From contig CM059425.1 in NCBI GenBank assembly GCA_030390025.1, forward strand, positions 178,934,001 through 178,998,000: a DNA stretch of 64,000 nucleotides, written 5' to 3'. Shown here one piece after another: positions 38,364 through 52,545 of the stretch. The notes beneath the pieces were generated by a model. It worked only from the letters and a program-made list of their open reading frames with translations, had not been told where the DNA came from and ran no database searches. This stretch comes from Squalus acanthias (lineage: Eukaryota). How positions within the stretch are numbered: position 1 is the first letter of the stretch; the number at the start of each line of letters is the position of its first letter. The translations under genes were made by a program, and so were the position numbers.

Positions 38364-38505
38364 GGGGGTGAAATTGGTCTTGGGTGATAGTGCTAAAAGG
38401 GCGATAGCAAAGCGGCAGCCCATTTTACACCCCTCCTGATTTTCTTTTCCATTGTTGATTTTCTATCGTCCATTTTGCATTAGCTCCCAAGATCAATTTC
38501 AGCCT
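38364..38505. mobile_element. Palindromic Harbinger-type MITE
   Basis: ~45-bp imperfect TIRs; GTC TSD. Confidence 0.8.
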
Positions 38506-39319
38506 GTCATGCTGCCATTATTTTGAGAGCTTGTGAAGGAGTGTGTATGGATAGCCTCCCCCTCCCACAACAGTTCTTTGAAGAATGCAGGCTGTATTTG
38601 CAGTGCAGCCCAGCGCTAGGATCAATATTTGAAGCATGAGCATACCAAATCACGATGGGAATGAATGCTTTCCAGAAATTACTGTCAACCACAGCGCAAA
38701 AGAAAAAGGGGTGTAACGCACAGTGACAATTAGGTAGGAGGTCAACGAGGTCGCAACATTCTTTTGTGTCAGCACAGTGGGACTGTCAAGTAACGTTAGC
38801 CGAGCCCTAGTGTAGTGAATGGGTCACATGACCTGACACTCGCAGCGGCACCTACAGGCACAATATCATTAGGCTTTTGCGGCCACAAACCATTTTTTAA
38901 CAAATAACAGATTAGGGTGGCTGCATATCATAAAAGGAGAAAAGTATAAGCCTGGAAAGAACTTTGTTTTGATCTTTCCCACCTACAGGTTTAGAGATTT
39001 TTTTGTTATGATTTTCTCCCTGATCTTTCTTGAAGGCAATGTCTTAAGCTGGCTACAGCGTGTTGGCTGCTTTCCAGTAGACATTCTTCATGTGGGTGCC
39101 AAGACAGTGAGTGAAATAATTTTTCCAAGTTGGCACTGCCAGGAGGCTGTCTCACTTGCCAGTAGGGCATGTTGGGAAACTGCAGGAACAATTACCACGA
39201 TTATTCATCCATTCATTTAAATGGATCCAAAATCATGATCAGTGTGCCTGTGATTCCCAAGAATATGCGGCTGTGGGTGAGACTCCCCGTCTGCAATGCA
39301 AATTCAGAAAGGCACACCC

Positions 39320-39600
39320 ACTGTGTGCAGGCTATTTAACCATAGGGCCATCACAGCTGAGCTGGACTGTGTCCTCACCCAATTTTAATGCACATGCACT
39401 TTCCAACAGGAGTTACTGGATACCAATCAGTAACGGAGATCCTGGCTGATATCACTTCCCCCTCCACCCCGCCCTGTGAAATAGGGCTTTCAGGCCCTTT
39501 GTAGCGCCTCTCCGCACAGATTAGGGATTGTATCTTTGACCTTCCTGAGCAGTATGCTTCAGTGGCATACTGGGCAGCACAGTTAGCACTGAGCTATCAG
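39320..39600 (-). mobile_element. Degenerate tRNA-headed SINE-like repeat
   Basis: Minus-strand atagctcagt A-box-like start; related to sequence flanking 43009 and 57059. Confidence 0.5.
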
Positions 39601-39824
39601 GAAACTTCTTGGGTGCAGATTTCATTTGTTTTCTACTTGTTTCAGAATAGCAAAGGTATTTATAAAGAACACATGTATAATCTTCTTAAAAATAATGAAC
39701 TGAGAAAATTTCCCACTTAGTTTCCTATCGGTTTGATAAAAAGTTTGTCTTCAGTTCTGCAAATGACCCCCTTCCCCCAAAAGATCTGCAATTTGGGATT
39801 GCGTCGAGAAAGTGACTGCTCATC

Positions 39825-42025
39825 ATAGGGATATTAGGAACAAGAGTAGGCCATTCAGCTCCTCAAGACAGTTCTGCCGTTTTGTTAGATCATGGCTAAT
39901 TTGTACCTCAACTTCATTTACCCACTTTTCCCCATATCGCTTGATACCCATGTCTAACAAAAATCTATCAATGTCTGCCTTAAAAATTTCAATTGACCCA
40001 GCAAGGAGCGAGTTTGAGATTTCTACTACCTTTTGTGTGAAAGAATGCGTCTTGATTTCACTCCTAACTGGTCTGGCTCTAATTTTAAGATCATGTCCCT
40101 TGTCAAACAGCGAAATCCTGTTTGACAAACCTATTGGAGTTCTTTGAGGATGTAACTAGTGGAGTAGACAAAGGGGAACCGGTAGATGTGGTGTATTTGG
40201 ATTTTCAGAAGGCCTTCGATAAGGTCCCACACAAGAGGTTGGTGAACAAAATTAGGGCACATGGAATTGGGGGTAATATATTAGCATGGATTGAGAATTG
40301 GTTAACAGACAGAAAACAAAGAGTATGGATAAACGAGTCTTTTTCAGGATGGCAGGCTGTGACTAGTGGGGTACCGCAAGGATCAGTGCTTGGGCCCCAG
40401 CTATTCACAATCTATATCAATGATTTGGATGAGGGGACTAAATGTAACATTTCCAAATTTGCTGATGATACAAAGCTAGGTGGCAGTGTCAGTTGCGAAG
40501 AGGATGTGAAGAGGTTTCAAGGGGATCTCGACAGGCTCGGTGAGTGGGTGAAAACATGGCAGATGGAATATAATGTGGATAAATGTGAAGTTATCCACTT
40601 TGGTAGAAAAAACAGAAAGGCAGAGTATTTTCTAAATGGTGAAAGATTGGGGAATGCAGATGCTCAAAGGGACCTGGGTGTCCTTGTACATGAGTCACTG
40701 AAAGTGAATGTGCAGGTGCAGCAAGCCATTAGGAAGGCAAATGGTATGCTGGCCTTCATTACAAGGAGATTTGAGTACAGGAGTAAAGAAGTCTTACTCC
40801 AATTATATAGGGCCTTGGTGAGACCACACCTGGAGTACTGTGTATAATTTTGGTCTCCTTACCTAAGGAAGGATATACTTGCCATAAAGGGAGTGCAGCG
40901 AAGGTTCACGAGATTGATTCCTGGGATGGCGGGACTATCGTATGAGAAGAGATTGAGTAAACTAGGCCTGTATTCTCTTGACTTCAGAAGAATGAGAGGG
41001 GATCTCATTGAAGCATACAAAATTATTACAGGGCTTGATAGGGTGGATGCTGGGAGAATGTTTCCCTTGGCTGGGGAGTCTAGAACCAGGGGCCACAGCC
41101 TCAGGATAAAGGGTAGGCCATTCAGGACTGAGATGAGAAGAAATTTCTTCACACAGAGGGTGGTGAATCTTTGGAATTCTCTACCCCAGAGGGTTGTGGA
41201 GGCTCAGTCATTGGGTATATTCAAAACAGAAGTCGATAGATTTCTGACTAGTAAGGGCATCAAGGGATATGGCGATAAGGCCGGTGAATGGAATTGAGGC
41301 AGAAGATCAGCCATGATCTCATTGAATGGCAGAGCAGGCTCGAAGGTCCGAATGGCCTACTCCTGCTCCTATTTCTTATGTTCTTATGTTCTGGATTCCC
41401 CATGAGAAGAAAAAAATTCTCTGTATCTAACAAATTCCGTTATCATTTTAAATCAATTAGAGCACCTTCTAAACTGAAGGGAATACAAACTTAACCTTAT
41501 AATTGAACCCTTTAAGCACCAGTATCATTCTGGTGAATCTGCGCTGCACTACCCCACACACCAGCCACCTCCCCTTTCCCCCCTCCAAGGCCAATATATC
41601 CTTCCAGAACTGAATGGAATACTCCAGATGGGGCCTGACCAAGGCTCTGTACAACTGAAGCAACACTTCCTCCCCTTTGTAGCCCCATTGAGATAAAGGC
41701 CAACATTCCATCAGCCTTTTTGATTACTTTTTGCAGTTGTGTACTAGCTTTTAGTGATTTGTGTATACGGGCACCTAAATTCCACAGCTTCCCACAGCCT
41801 CTAGTCTCTCACACTTAAGAAAATATTCCGATTTGTTCAGCTTGAATCCAAGGTGAATGGCCTCACACATCCCCACATTGAACTCTATCTGTCATAGTTT
41901 TGCGCACTCACTTAATTATCTATTTCCTTTTGTAACTTCCTGCTCCATCGACACAACTTACTGTGCCTCTGAACTGAGTGTCATCTGCAAACTTGGATAT
42001 ACAACTCTTTCCAAGTCATTAATAT
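39825..42025 (-). mobile_element. Older CR1 3' fragment split by a younger CR1 (pieces 39825-40103 and 41390-42025)
   Basis: ORFs 39823..40128 and 41469..41711; flanks rejoin as gtcccttgt|tctggattccc. Confidence 0.75.
40104..41389 (+). mobile_element. CR1 3' fragment
   Basis: ORFs 40122..40847 and 40893..41297; (TTCTTATG)n tail. Confidence 0.93.
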
Positions 42026-43439
42026 ATGGTGAAAATCACCCAGCTGCTCAGTCAAGTCCATGTGAGCTGTGTACAAGAGCAGCAGCCAGAGCGCCACAGC
42101 AATTACAAGAAAGATTGTGAAAGCCACTTGCTGTCCCAGCCTGTGCTCCAGTTTGCAGCTGTATTTTATAAAACTACATGACAGCATTTGGAATAAAAAT
42201 ATACTTTTATTTTTTTTTGGTCTGCTTCAAGATGTTTTGAGCTCCCCAATTATTTATTGTTTTGTCTGAGATCTTGTGCTGTTGTCTGCTTCGAAAATAT
42301 GTTTTTGGCAGAAAAAACAAATTCAATTTTGGCATTACCGTCCCACTATTTTCATTTCACTTCATTACAATTATTTTAAATTTATACTGACTCACCCAGC
42401 ACTAAATATGATATGGTATAGCATAGTTTAGTACAATAAGTAACTATAATATATTAAATAAGCAGCATTTGTTCAGTATGTATACTGGTGTAAGGTATAA
42501 GACAAGGTTAAAGAGCAGTATAGGTTCCAATATAGTCTATATAATCTACGCTTTTGATAGTATAACATGAATAGATTCCATGTTCAATTGCCTAACAAAT
42601 GGGGCCTGTAACATGGGTGGGGAGGCTGGAATTTGGATTCAGAATGACATCACCAGCAAGAAATCCCACAAATTACTTCTCCTCTTCTAACCCATGGAAA
42701 GTAGGCTTGCACGTGCAGTCGTACAAGGTGTAGTTCGGCAGAAGTGAGGCCCACAATGCCATTTTTCTAACAGCAATCGATCCCATAGCAATTGATTGCT
42801 GCCGAGAAAAGAGCATAACTGGGTTTTTCCCCCTTCCAATTATTCCCTTTTAATGCTGAGATACAATTCCCCAAGCACTGGGAGTCTCTGGTTCAAGTAT
42901 CTGTTCTTCATATTTGAGTATAAAGTGTGAATATTGGCAGGCTGCACGATGGTGAGGTACATCACAGCGAAGCCAATGCTGTATTCACCCAACATCAACA
43001 AACACACAGGCCGGAATTTTCTGGGGTCCGTGCAGGCGTGCTTGGAGGCGGGTCAGGAGGGAAATTTGAAAAACCTTGGAGCAGGTCGGAAACCCGCCGT
43101 CATCCCGCCCCCATGCGCCTTTCCCTCGGACGCGTTTGCCAGCACGGCAGCGATCCGAACGGCAGAGGCAGCCGAGGTAATTGAGATCATCATGAGGTAC
43201 CCGACCTTTCAAATTTCCCTGGATGACCAAAGGAATCACGCAGCTCGGGAACCACGTCTGTGAACCTGAGGCGGAAGTTGAGTGGGCATTGATCCAGCTC
43301 ATTAATGCACAGCATGAAAATTACAATAAAAACTCCCACCTGACAGCTGGTCACTTTCCTAAAGCAGATGCTGTTGCTGAGTGAATTGTCAGCACAGATT
43401 TAGCTTTCTAGAGGTTGGAATTGTTTCCAGCAAAGTCCT

Positions 43440-43997
43440 CAACCCCCTGATGCTGCACAGGACAGAGGGTGTCAGCACAGGGCTGCACCACGCCAGAGGC
43501 GGTACCCGCAACACAGGGTATACAGGCAGAGGATGAGCTTCCTCAACATGATGGAGCAGCAGTGCCAAAGGAGGCTCAGGCTATCGAGCCAGGTCGTTGC
43601 CAACATTTGCACATTGCTCGAGCAAGACCTGCAGCCCAGAGAAGCGAGTGGACACACCTTACCAGTGGCCGTCAAAGTCACCAGTGCCCTCAACTTCTTC
43701 GCCTCAGGCTCCTTCCAGGGATCTGCAGCAGACATTTGTGGCATCTCGCAGTCAGCCACCCACAGATGCATCACACAGGTCACTGATGCTCTCTTTGAAA
43801 AGTCAGCCAATTATATCAACTGTGCCACTGATGAAAACAGTGTTACTGGGCAGGCACTGGCCTTTGCCACTCTGGTTGGCTTCCCACAGGTGCAGGGCAT
43901 CATCAGCTGCACACATGTGGCCATCAGGGCACCCCATCATAACCCAGGAGTCTTTGTCAACCGCAAGGGCTTCCACTCCCTCAATGTGCAGCTCGTC
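43440..43997 (+). pseudogene. HARBI1-like transposase N-terminal half
   Basis: [43 protein letters not shown]. Confidence 0.9.
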
Positions 43998-44220
43998 CAG
44001 GAGCTCGTCCAAGAGCTGCCTGCTCCAGCTTTCTTGCTGTTCATACTTGCTATGTGCAAAATGTTTAATTGAACCTCCCTTGAGGTAGGGAGAGCAGAAA
44101 CAAAAATAGTGTGCTTTTGCTAAACGTGATCAAACCTGAAATGGTTAAACAACTATCTTTGTTGTTTGTGGTTATAAAAGCACCATGTGTGACCTTGCTT
44201 TATTGACAAATGCCTGTGCT

Positions 44221-44900
44221 TTACATAGGATTACATAGGATATACGGCACAGAAACAGGCCATTCGGCCCAACCAGTTCATGCCGGTGTTTATGCTCCAA
44301 ACGAGCCTCCTCCCATCTTTCCTCATCTAAATCTATCAGCATAACCCTCTATTCCCTTCTCCCTCATATGCTTGTCTCGCCTCCCCTTAAATGCATCTAT
44401 ATTATTTGCTTCAACCACTCCCTGTTCCACATTCTCACCACTCTTTGGGTAAAGAAGTTTCTTCTGAATTCCCTATTGGATTTCTTGGTTACTATCTTAT
44501 ATTGATGGCCTCTAGTTATGCTCTTCCCCACAAGTGGAAACATTCTCTCTGTATCCACTCTATCAAAACCTTTCATAATTTTAAAGACCTCTGTTAGGTC
44601 CACCCTCCGCCTTCTTTTTTCAAGAGAAAAGAGACCCAGCCTGTTCATCCTTTCCTAATATGTATACCCTCGCATTTCTGGTATCATCCTTGTAACTCTT
44701 CTCTGCACCCTCCCCATTGCCTCTATATCCTTTTTATAATATGGCGACCAGAACTGTACACAGTACTCTAAGTGTGGTCTAACCAAGGTTCGATATAGTT
44801 TTAGCATAACTTCCCTACTTTTCAATTCTATCCCTCTGGAAATGAACCCAAGTGCTTGGTTTCTTTTTTTTATGGCCTTGCTAACCTGTGTCGCAACTTT
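44221..44900 (-). mobile_element. CR1 3' fragment (ATCCTATGTA-tail family)
   Basis: ORF 44397..44648 LFSLEKRR..FFTQRVV. Confidence 0.88.
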
Positions 44901-46240
44901 GGGTCGATTTTAATGGACCTCAGATGGTGGGTTTGGAGGCGGGTCGGCAGCGAAAATAGGAAAAAATGCCGGTTGGCTGCGAACCCGCCTCCAACCCGCG
45001 CCCACGCTAATTTCCTAAATGTCGGGTCAGCCACTCCCGAACTAACCCGACACCAAACGGCGGGACAGGCAGTTAAGGCAGTTAACAGCCGGTTAATTGC
45101 CTTGCTAATCCTATTTTAATCTGCGATTCCAATTTTGGTGCTTTTGGCTCCTGTTTCCCGTCTTCCGAGAAACACGTCAGCTGCAATGAGTCGGGTTTCT
45201 CGAGGACATGATTCGTTGTCAGTTGCTGCAGCCGCTTAAAAGCGCTCCTGCAACATGGCTGATATTCAAATGCCACAACTTTGTTGTTGGAGGTTTGGGA
45301 TAAGATTTTGCAATTCTACTGACCTTGTGACTGTTCAAGCTGACAGCCATCTACAGTGTGATCTGATTGGAATAATCTCAGGCCACTTTGACTGTGCGCT
45401 TGCAAGCTTCTTGCCTCAACTGAAATCTATAACAACGGTATGTGAACCATTTATATCCTCTCATCCGGGTCGTCAGATTCAGAGGAAGAGCAGCCACGGC
45501 AGCGCCACAACCAGCCACAACAGCAGCACCAGCACCAGGAGCAACAACCTCCTCCTCACCCACCTGATACTGCACAGGGCATTTCCCAGTCGGCCGCACA
45601 CACCTGCATCAAGCAGGTCACCGATGCCCTCTTTGCAAAGGCCCACAATTACATCCACTTCTCCATGGATGGCTCAAGTGTGACCGCGCGTGCGGTTGGC
45701 TTTCCCAGTATGGCAGGCATGCCAATGTGCAGGACATCAGACTACACACATGTAGCCATTGGGGCCACCTATCACAACCCAGCTGTATTTGTCAACTGCA
45801 AGGGATTCCACTCCCTGAACATCCAGCTGGTGTGTAACCAGAGGAAGATCATCATGCATGTTTGTGCAAAATACCCTGGCAGTTGCCATGACTCCTTCAT
45901 CCTGCACCAGTCTACTGTGCCTCAGCTCTTCCATCCGCCAAACTAACTCTGCAGATGGCTGATTGGCGACAAGGGCTATCTCCTGAAAAATTGACTTATG
46001 ACACTGACGAGGAGGCCAACAAATGAGGCTGAAGAGCGGTACAATGTGAGTCACTTATCCACCAGAAGCATCATCAAGCAAACCATCGGCTTGCTCAAAA
46101 TGCGCTTCCGATGCCTGGACAGATCTGGTGGAGCCCTACAGTATTCACCAGCCAGGGTGTCCAGAATCATCGTGGTCTGCTGTGCCTTGCACAACATCAC
46201 ACAGCAGTGTGAGTTAGTGCTGCTGGACGAACAAGTGGCA

Positions 46241-49200
46241 TAGAAGCATAAAAGATAGGAGCAGCAGTAGGCCATTCGGCCCCTCGAGCCTGCTCCACCA
46301 TTTAATGAGATCATGGCTGATCATCCAAATTCAGTACCCTGTCCCTGCTTTCTCCCCCTATCCCTTGATCCCTTTAGCCTTAAGAAATATATCTAACTCC
46401 TTCTTGAATATATTTAATGAATTGGCCTCAACTGCCTTCTGTGGGAGAGAATTCCATAGGTTCACCACTCTCTGGGTGAAGAAATTCCTCCTCATCTCAG
46501 TCCTAAATGGCTTACCCCTTATCCTTAGACTCTGACCTCTGGTTCTGGACTCCCCCGCCATCGGGAACATCCTTTCTGCATCTAGTCTGTCTAGTCCTGT
46601 TAGAATTTTAGAAGTTTCAATGAGATCCCCTCTCATTCTTCTAAACTCTAGCGAATATAAGCCTAATCGACCCAATCTCTCTTCATACGTCATTCCTGCC
46701 ATCCCAGGTATCAGTCTGGTAAATCTTCGCTGCACTCTCTCCATGGCAAGAACATCCTTCCTCAGATAAGGCGACCAAAACTGCATACAATTCTCAAGGT
46801 GTGGTCTCACCAAGGCCTTGTACAACTGCAGCAAGACATCCTTGCTCCTGTACTCGAATCCTCTCACTATGAAGGCCAACATACCATTTGCCTTTTTAAC
46901 CGCCTGCTGCACCTGCATGCTTACCTTCAGTGATTGGTGCACAAGGGCTCCCAGATCTCGTTGCACTTCCCCTTTTCCCAATCTATTGCCGTTCAGATAA
47001 TAATCTGTCTTCCTGTTTTTGCCACCAAAGTGGATAACCTCGCATTTGTCCACATTATACTGCATCTGCCATGCATCTGCCCAATCACCCAACCTGTCCA
47101 AATCATACTGGAGTTTCTCTGCATCCTCCTCACAGCACACACGACCACCCAACTTTGTGTCATCTGCAAACTTGGAGATATTACATCTAGTTCCCTCGTC
47201 TAGATCATTAATATATATTGTGAATAGCTGGGGTCTTAGCACCGATCCCTGCAGTACCCCACTAGTCAGTGCCTGCCACTCGGAAAAAGACCCATTTATT
47301 CCAACTCTTTGCTTCCTGTCTGCCAACCAGTTCTCTATCCAAATCAGTACCTTACCCCCAATCCCATGTGCTTTAACTTTGCACGCTAATCACTTATGCG
47401 GGACCTTATCGAAAGCCTTCTGAAAGTCCAAATACACCACATCCACTGGTTCTCCCTTATCTATTCTACCAGTTACATCCTCAAAAAATTCCAGTAGATT
47501 AGTCAGGCATGATTTACTATTTGTAAATCCATGTTGACTTTGTCCTATCCTGTCACTGTTTTCCAAGTTCTCTGCTATTACATCTTTTATAATGGACTCT
47601 AGCATTTTGCCCACTACCGATGTCAGGCTTACCGGTCTATAATTCCCCGTTTTTTCTCTACCACCTTTTTTAAATAGTGAGGTTACATTAGCTACCCTCC
47701 AATCCATGGGAACTGTTCCAGAGTCTATAGAATTTTGAAAGATGACCAGCAATGCATCTACTATTTCTAGGGCCACTTCCTTAAGTACCCTTGGATGTAG
47801 ATTATCAGGCCCTGGGGATTTATCGGCCATCAAACCCGTCAATTTCCCTAACACCATTTCCCTACAAATACTGATTTCATTCAATTCCTCCCTCTCATTA
47901 GACCCTATGTTCCCCGACATCTCTGGGAGTTTGTTTGTGTCCTCCTTTGTGAAGACAGAACTAAAGTATGTATTTAATTGGCCTGCCATTTCTTTGTTCC
48001 CCATTATAAATTCTCCTGATTCTGACTGCAAGGGACCTACGCTTGACTTCACCAATCTTTTTCTCTTCACATATCTATTGAAGGTTCTACAGTCAGTTTT
48101 TATGTTCCCTAAAGCTTACTCTCATATTCTTTTTCCCCCCTCTTAATTAATCCCTTTGTCCTCCTTTGCTGAATCCTAAACTGCGCCCAATCCTCAGGTT
48201 TGCTGCTTTTTCTGGCATATTTAGATGACCTCTCCTTGGATCTTATGCTATCCCTAATTTCCCTTGTTAGCCATGGTTGAGTCACCTTTTTTATTTTATT
48301 TTTATGCCAACCAGGGATGAACAAATTCTGTAGTTCATCCATGCAATCTTTAAATGTTTTACCATTGCCTAGCCACCGTCAACCCTTTAAGTAACGCTCC
48401 CTAATCCATCCTAGCCAACTCTTGCCTCATACCATCGTAGTTTCCTTTATTTAAATTCAGGACCCTAGTCTCTGAGTCAACTACTTCACTCTCCATCTTA
48501 ATGAAGAATTCTATCATATTATGATCGCTCCTCCCCAAGGGGCCTCGCACAACAAGATTGCTAATTAATCCTTTCTCATTACATAATACCCAGTCTAAGA
48601 TGGCCTGATCTCTAATTGGTTCCTTGACATATTGGTCCAGGAAACCATCCCGTATACACTCCAGGAATTCCTCCTCCACAGTATTGTTACTAATTTGGTT
48701 AGCCCAATCTATATGTAGATTAAAGTCACCCATGATAACTGCTGTGCCCTTATTGCTTGCGTCTCTAATTTCCCGTTTTATGCCATCCCCAACCTCAGCA
48801 TTACTGTTTGGGGGTCTGTATACAACTCCCACTAATGTTTTCTGCCCCTTGGTATTTCTCAGCTCTACCCATACAGATTCCACATCATCAGAGCTAATAT
48901 CCTTCCTTACTGTTGTGTTAATCTCCTCTTTAACCAGCAATGCTACACCACCTCCTTTTCCTTTTTGTCTGTCCTTCCTGAATATTGAATACCCCTGGAT
49001 GTTGAATTCCCAGCCTTGGTCAGCCTGGAGCCATGTCTCCGTAATCCCAATTATATCATATCCGTTTACATCTATTTGCGCAGCTAATTCATCCACCTTA
49101 TTACGAATGCTCCTCGCATTAAGACACATTTGCCTTCAGGCTTGTTTTTTTAACACTCTTAGTCCTTTTAGAATTATTATTTACTGTAGCCATGTTTGAT

Positions 49201-50820
49201 TTACACCCTTGATTTCTCTGCCTTCCACTTTTGCTTTTCTCCTTCCTGTCTTTTGCTTCTATCCTTGCTTCCCTTTCCTCTGTTTCCCTGCACAGGTTCC
49301 CAACCCCCTGCCATTTTAGTTTAAACCCTCCCCAACAGCACTAGCAAACACTGCGCCTCAGACATCGGTCCCGGTCCTGCCCAGGTGCAAACCGTCCAGT
49401 TTGTACTGGTCCCACCTCCTCCAGAACCGGTTCCAATGTCCCAGGAATTTGAATCCCTCCCCCTTGCACCATTCCTGTAGCCACATATTCATCTGAAATA
49501 TCCTTCTATTTCTACTGTGACTAGCATGTGGCACCGGTAGCAATCCTGAGATTACTACCTTTGAGGTCCTATTTTTAAATTTACCTCCTAACTCCCTATA
49601 TTCAGCTTTTAGGACCTCATCCCCTTTTTTACCTATATCGTTGGTACCTATATGCACCACAACAACTGGCTGTTCACCCTCCCCCTCCAGAATGCTCTGC
49701 AGCCGCTCCGAGACATCCTTGACCCTTGCACCAGGGAGGCCACATACCATCCTGGAGTCTCGTTTGCGGCCGCAGAAACACCTATCTATTCCCCTTACAA
49801 TAGAATCCCCTATCACTATAGCTCACCCGCTGTTTTTCCTCCCGTCCTGTGCAGCAGAACCACCCATGGTGCCAGGAAGTTGGCTGCTGCTGCCTTCCCC
49901 CGATAAGCCATCTCCCTCAACAATATCCAAAGTGGTATATCTGTTTGAGAGGGGGATGTCCACAGGGGACCCCTGCACTACCTGCCTGCGCCTACTACTC
50001 TGCCTGGTGGTCACCCATTCCCTTCCTGCCTGTGCAGCCTTTACCTGCGGTGTGACTAACTCCCTAATCGTGCTATCCACGATGTCCTCAGCATCGCGAA
50101 TGCTCCAGTATGCATCCATTTGCAGCTCCAGCGCCGCAATGCGGTCTGCCAGTAGCTGCAGCTGGATACACTTCCCGCACACATGGTCATCAGGGACACA
50201 GGAAGTGTCCCTTATTTCCCACATAGTGCAGGAGGAGCATGCCACGGGGCTGAGCTGTGCTGCCATGACTTATCCTTTAATTAATTTAAATTAACTCAAA
50301 TCAATCCCACAAATTACACTACAATTAAATGATATACTCAAGGGCCCTTGTATACTAGCACTCCCTGCTACACAACAGAGACCTTCAAAACTATAACCAC
50401 AAAAATTAGGACCTTCTAAACTTTATAAACTATTAACCTTAACTGTCAAACTACTGAGTAGTATAAATACTCACCTGGTCGTACTCACCCAATCAGCTGC
50501 TTCCTCTTATCCGCGTCACTTTTTGAATTGTGACGTGGCTCTGGAACGCCGCCGCTGGTCTGTGAGATTGGTAAGCCTCTGAAAAAAAGCCCGCGAAAGT
50601 GAGTTTAATTACTCACTATGCTGCTGCTCTCTCCGCTCCCGACACTGGCCTCTGCAAAAAAGCCCGCGAAAGTGAGTTTAACTGCTCACTGTGCTGCTGC
50701 TCTCTCCGCTCCCAACTCTGGCCTCTGCAAAAAAGCCCGTGAAAGTGAGTTTAACTACTCACTATGCTGCTGCTCTCTCTGCTCCCAACTCTGGCCTCTG
50801 CAAAAAAGCCCGCGAAAGTC
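46241..50820 (-). mobile_element. Full-length CR1 LINE; ORF1 (50266-49317) and ORF2 both frameshifted
   Basis: ORFs 49823..50266, 49358..49816, 48401..49129, 47390..48070, 46358..47326. Confidence 0.95.
50575..50819. repeat. 73-bp tandem repeat (about 3.3 units) at CR1 5' end
   Basis: gcctctg starts at 50575, 50648, 50721, 50794. Confidence 0.92.
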
Positions 50821-50831
50821 ACACACTCCTC

Positions 50832-50925
50832 GGAAGAAGAGGATGAGGATGAGGATGAGGACGAGGAGGAGGATGAGGAAGAGGACGAGGAGGAGCATGA
50901 GGAGGAGGATGAGGAGGAGGACGGG
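50832..50925 (+). repeat. (GAG/GAT)n tract encoding transposase acidic tail
   Basis: EEEDEDEDEDEEEDEEE.. followed by AREALIHARFA*. Confidence 0.85.
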
Positions 50926-52422
50926 GAGCAATGCGTTGCGCGGCCGGATGTGACCAATGCAGCCACATGCGACCACATTGCTGGCCGTCTGGCAAGGGAA
51001 GCACTCATCCATGCCAGATTCGCGTAAGCTTACACTTCAAACATTGGTGGCTGGCAGATGGAGATGAATATAAGGCTGACATTCTCAAAACCTCATGCAT
51101 CATCTGTCCAATAAACGGTAGTGTCCGCTCACTCTCACCACCATCATTATAAATGGAATTAGCCCTGAGCCCTCACTCTTGAACTTCCATTTCCCAGAAC
51201 ACATAGGCCAGAACCTCAACTCTTTGCCATCACTTTTGTTTAATTACATCACAAAAGGATGACTCTCAATATTTAACAACACTATAAAACATCCAAGTGA
51301 CTACCCTTGTGACTATTAGTGCTTTAACTTCCGATTACACATGCTCCTACGTGGTGCTTCCCCTGTGGCTTCAGCAGATGTAGAGGCACCTTGCTCACTT
51401 TGGTGCTGCGCCTGCTTAGATGCCTTTGGCGGGCATCCTCTGGGTTTGGGCTGTGAGAGCTCCTCCACAGTCTGCTCTTCCTGCGGCTGTGCAGGGGCTG
51501 AGATGGCCATCTCAGTTGGGTGAGGAACCTGGGGTTCTGACCGAGGGCTCCGCAGTGTCATGGTCATGTGAGCGCTTGGAGAGGAGCCCACACTTCCTTG
51601 TTGTCTGCCACCAACATCCCTCTCATGGGTCACCCGCACTTCACTGCTAGCAAGTAGCTGGAGAGCCACCTGCTGCACCTCAATGGGGCCATGAGGACCC
51701 GTCTCAGTACTGACAGTCCTTATAATGGGACGTCCATGTACCTCTGGTTCCTCTCCTCAATAGATGCCCATCTATCCTCCATAGCAGACCATCTATTTAG
51801 AAGAGTCACCATGCTCTGTTGAGTGTGACGACTTATGTCCTCCAAGGAGGTTGCCACCCGCTCCACGGCGGCACGTTCGTGCTCCATTGCCTTCAGCACG
51901 GCAGTGCTCATGTTAGAGATGAACTCCTCCATTCTCTGCACACTCACAGTTACCCTGGATGCAAACCCTGTCAGAGACTCCTGCACTTGTTCCTGGAGTT
52001 CCAGCACCACTCTCTTTCTGGATGGCCCCAGAGGCACAGTGTCTACATGCAGCTGAGCTAGGAGCTAGGAGAGTCTTGCAACCTCCAACGAGGACTCTCC
52101 ACTGCTGTCGCTGTCTCCAGTAGCTGCTGATGCTCACTTGTAAGCTGTGATACACCAGGTAACAACATTACTGTGTGTCACGAAGGACCCACCGAGGTGT
52201 GCATATCTGCGCTGGTGCTGGGTGCGCTGAGTCCTGGTGACGCTGCTCCCTCAGAGGCTCCAGGTTCCTCTGATGATTCGTCTGGCTCTTCTTCCTGGAC
52301 AGTGGGGAGGGGATGCTCGATGGTCCTGTGGGAGAGTAAAGGCATAAGTTAGACATCTGATTTGGAGGTAGCAGACACATCCTATTGTGCAGATGATCAG
52401 AAGTAAATCTCTATGAACAACT

Positions 52423-52545
52423 AGGGGCGATAGAGGTGATAGAGGCAAATTTTGCAGTTGGAGGCGATAATTATCGCCGGGCGCTAAACTTTGCGCCTGG
52501 CCGATATTAGCGCCCCAAAATGGTCGATACCCAATTTTTCCCCCC
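52423..52545. mobile_element. Single end of a Harbinger family B element
   Basis: ggcgcta/tagcgcccc motifs and terminal aattttttccccc. Confidence 0.7.

Larger units (their letters stand above)
44901..52420. mobile_element. Harbinger family A element truncated at the Myb end, with nested full-length CR1
   Basis: Left TIR gggtcgatttt; transposase 45440-46240 plus 50821-51027 (+); Myb exon 3 at 51316-52325 (-). Confidence 0.82.

Noticed and set aside
38989..39106. Possible plus-strand exon (cctacag..gtgagt)
   Set aside because: Peptide unrecognised, no partner exons found, and opposite strand to the other candidate exon
42030..42200. Short open frame followed by AATAAA
   Set aside because: No start or splice support and no recognisable homology
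50575..50819. CRISPR-like array or hammerhead ribozyme in the 73-bp repeats
   Set aside because: Whole units repeat with no unique spacers; GAAA-stem-UH is present but the CUGANGA box and stem II are missing
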